Below, one piece after another: positions 62,701 to 64,000 of a stretch of DNA of 64,000 nt. How positions within the stretch are numbered: position 1 is the first letter of the stretch; every line of letters starts with the position of its first letter. Origin of the DNA: Laetmonice hystrix (lineage: Eukaryota). Below the pieces are notes generated by a model, which saw nothing but the letters and a program-made list of their open reading frames with translations, made no database searches and was not told the DNA's origin. The stretch lies in contig OZ249436.1 of the NCBI GenBank assembly GCA_965235115.1, positions 20,090,001-20,154,000 on the forward strand, given 5' to 3'. The translations under genes were made by a program, and so were the position numbers.

Positions 62701-63506
62701 GAAGCCTCTCCTCCAGCTCAAACCTGCTCCTTCAACAGGTTTGACCCCCCCCCCCCCCCACCCACACCGCACCCAACACCATTTCTCCCACCTACCTCAA
62801 CTCACAGGCCACAACACCTGGCACCATGAGAGACACTATTGGATAGGTGGCATTCACCAAAGTGGCGAACGATAATTTAAATTTATTAGCCACATTGCAG
62901 TTCTGTTGGCAAGCGGCTAGCGAGATCCCTGAATATGATGACCTCACACTTCCCTAGATCTTGTCAATAAGGTTATAGTACATGCCCTTTTACATGCAGC
63001 AAAAAGGTACCTCTGAAAAGGTACTCATCTACAAATGGGGATCAGTAAATAAAATTATTTGTATCAAAATTATTTTTTTAGGTTCTAAGTGCCACCTTGC
63101 CCACCAATCTAAACCAGGGTACTGAAAGAAACACCTGTTTCCAGTAGGATGAAGGTAACCATTCGGTGTCCTGTGTAATCATAAAAAATCTCACCACACT
63201 GAAGATGAAGGCATTATAAGATTTCCACTATTATCACAGGAAGCCCACGGGTGTTACAGAGTAGGTGGCCACTATATTGAGGTACTCACCTGATGAAGTT
63301 TCCAGAACCGTGTTGGCCTCGTTATCCGAGTCTGACATCTCCATGTCGATAGCCTCCGTGTTGTCCTCGTTTCCAGGATACTCTGGTGTCTGATCAGGTG
63401 ACGGGGCATCAGGATGGGGGGACGGCACTGGACTGGGAAGGCTCTTCGTCATCTCATCCAGCTTCTTCTTCAAGTTATTAACTCGAGTTCCAAAGTTTTT
63501 ATAGGC
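53761..63506 (-). CDS. RPRD2: Regulation of nuclear pre-mRNA domain-containing protein 2 (3' part; CID exons lie beyond the window). Exons 63506-63290, 58780-58673, 56133-56053 (or 56032), 55748-53761
   Basis: AYKNFGTRVNNLKKKLDEMTKSLPSPVPSPHPDAPSP...DMEMSD matches the RPRD2 coiled-coil end and SPVPSP.DAPSP motif; GTPVKDERGGTPVQDE matches the conserved RPRD2 GTP..DE doublet. Phase-1 GT-AG junctions join the four exons in frame; Pro/Gln-rich terminal exon. Confidence 0.88.
56312..56632 (-). mobile_element. Kolobok-like MITE, family C copy 2 (diverged), RPRD2 intron
   Basis: Interior (gaaatggagaaat..atgaaattcaacatt..cagccaatgaaattcatc) is the reverse complement of 38118-38422; ends gagtcattgaaatgagagat..ttgct|TTAA. 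Confidence 0.8.
57245..57711. mobile_element. Tc1/mariner (pogo)-like MITE (467 bp)
   Basis: TA|ccgtaaaatctct...agagattttacgg|TA; subterminal repeats aatctcta.tagaagtcgca. Confidence 0.85.
61215..61637. mobile_element. CAGGG-ended MITE
   Basis: 13-bp perfect TIR cagggtgcgcagc...gctgcgcaccctg; internal ttcaagcacttttcaag repeats; flanks gctgca/tatgca match only partly. Confidence 0.8.
62188..62931. mobile_element. CAGGG-ended MITE with 6-bp TSD, containing a nested MITE at 62437-62627
   Basis: TIR cagggatctcgc...gcgagatccctg flanked by aatatg on both sides; internal ttagccac repeats; nested element cagtggcggatccag...ctggatccgcccctg. Confidence 0.82.
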
Positions 63507-63650
63507 CTGACAGGAAAAAGTTTTATAAATACATACTGATTACTCCGAGTACAGAATCATTTCAATACTTTTCATTTCAGGTTTGATCATTTTGAGATAA
63601 TTTCAGGCTTTCATGTGTCATCACTGTCCATGTGGATTTTGCTTCGATTA

Positions 63651-63730
63651 CCGTAATCTTCCGTGTATAAGCCGCACTTTTTTCCTCCTCAAATTAATCA
63701 TAAATCAGGGGTGCGGCTTATACATGGCCA
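63651..63730. mobile_element. One end of a pogo-like MITE
   Basis: TA|ccgtaatcttccgtgtataagccgcac...gtgcggcttataca; the other end was not identified in the window. Confidence 0.6.
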
Positions 63731-64000
63731 CAAGCGTCTGGAGACTTCTAGTCTACGTCTATGTGGAGACAAAGTCATCCTTAGGTGGCACTACCAACGC
63801 TATTATTACACCCCTAGTGGTGGTATTGCGAATAAAGTAATAATGTTAATAGAGAGTTATAGATTTAAGGAAACATATAGAGAGAGATATAGACAGAGAA
63901 AGATTCTGGGCAAGATCATCATTTGAATGGGACAAAGGACAGGCATTTCTGATGGGAACTGGCCTGCTTTATACCCACAACCCGTTAATACCCATTGTTT

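Overview
Animal genomic DNA (invertebrate, probably lophotrochozoan given a mollusc-type SINE remnant), not prokaryotic. Five spliced protein-coding genes were reconstructed by hand from GT-AG boundaries and phase continuity: (1) a secreted VWC2/brorin-like cysteine-rich protein (- strand, 3 coding exons, 11.85-kb intron); (2) a divergently oriented achaete-scute-family bHLH gene (+, 2 exons) with a Hairy/E(spl)-type site next to a proneural E-box just upstream of its TATA box; (3) a divergent BTB-BACK-Kelch gene (+) whose start codon appears split by an intron; (4) a complete 15-exon DDX31/Dbp7 DEAD-box helicase (+); (5) the 3' part of RPRD2 (-), convergent with DDX31. Non-coding DNA holds many minisatellites (including a 52-bp array with a higher-order repeat) and many non-autonomous DNA transposons (Kolobok-like TTAA, Tc1/mariner-like TA, CAG-ended with 5/6-bp TSD, Harbinger-like, and an IS3EU-like foldback element). 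I found no autonomous transposase or RT ORF, no RNA gene and no CRISPR array. I see no clearly new multi-gene system; the most interesting signals are regulatory and splicing-level.
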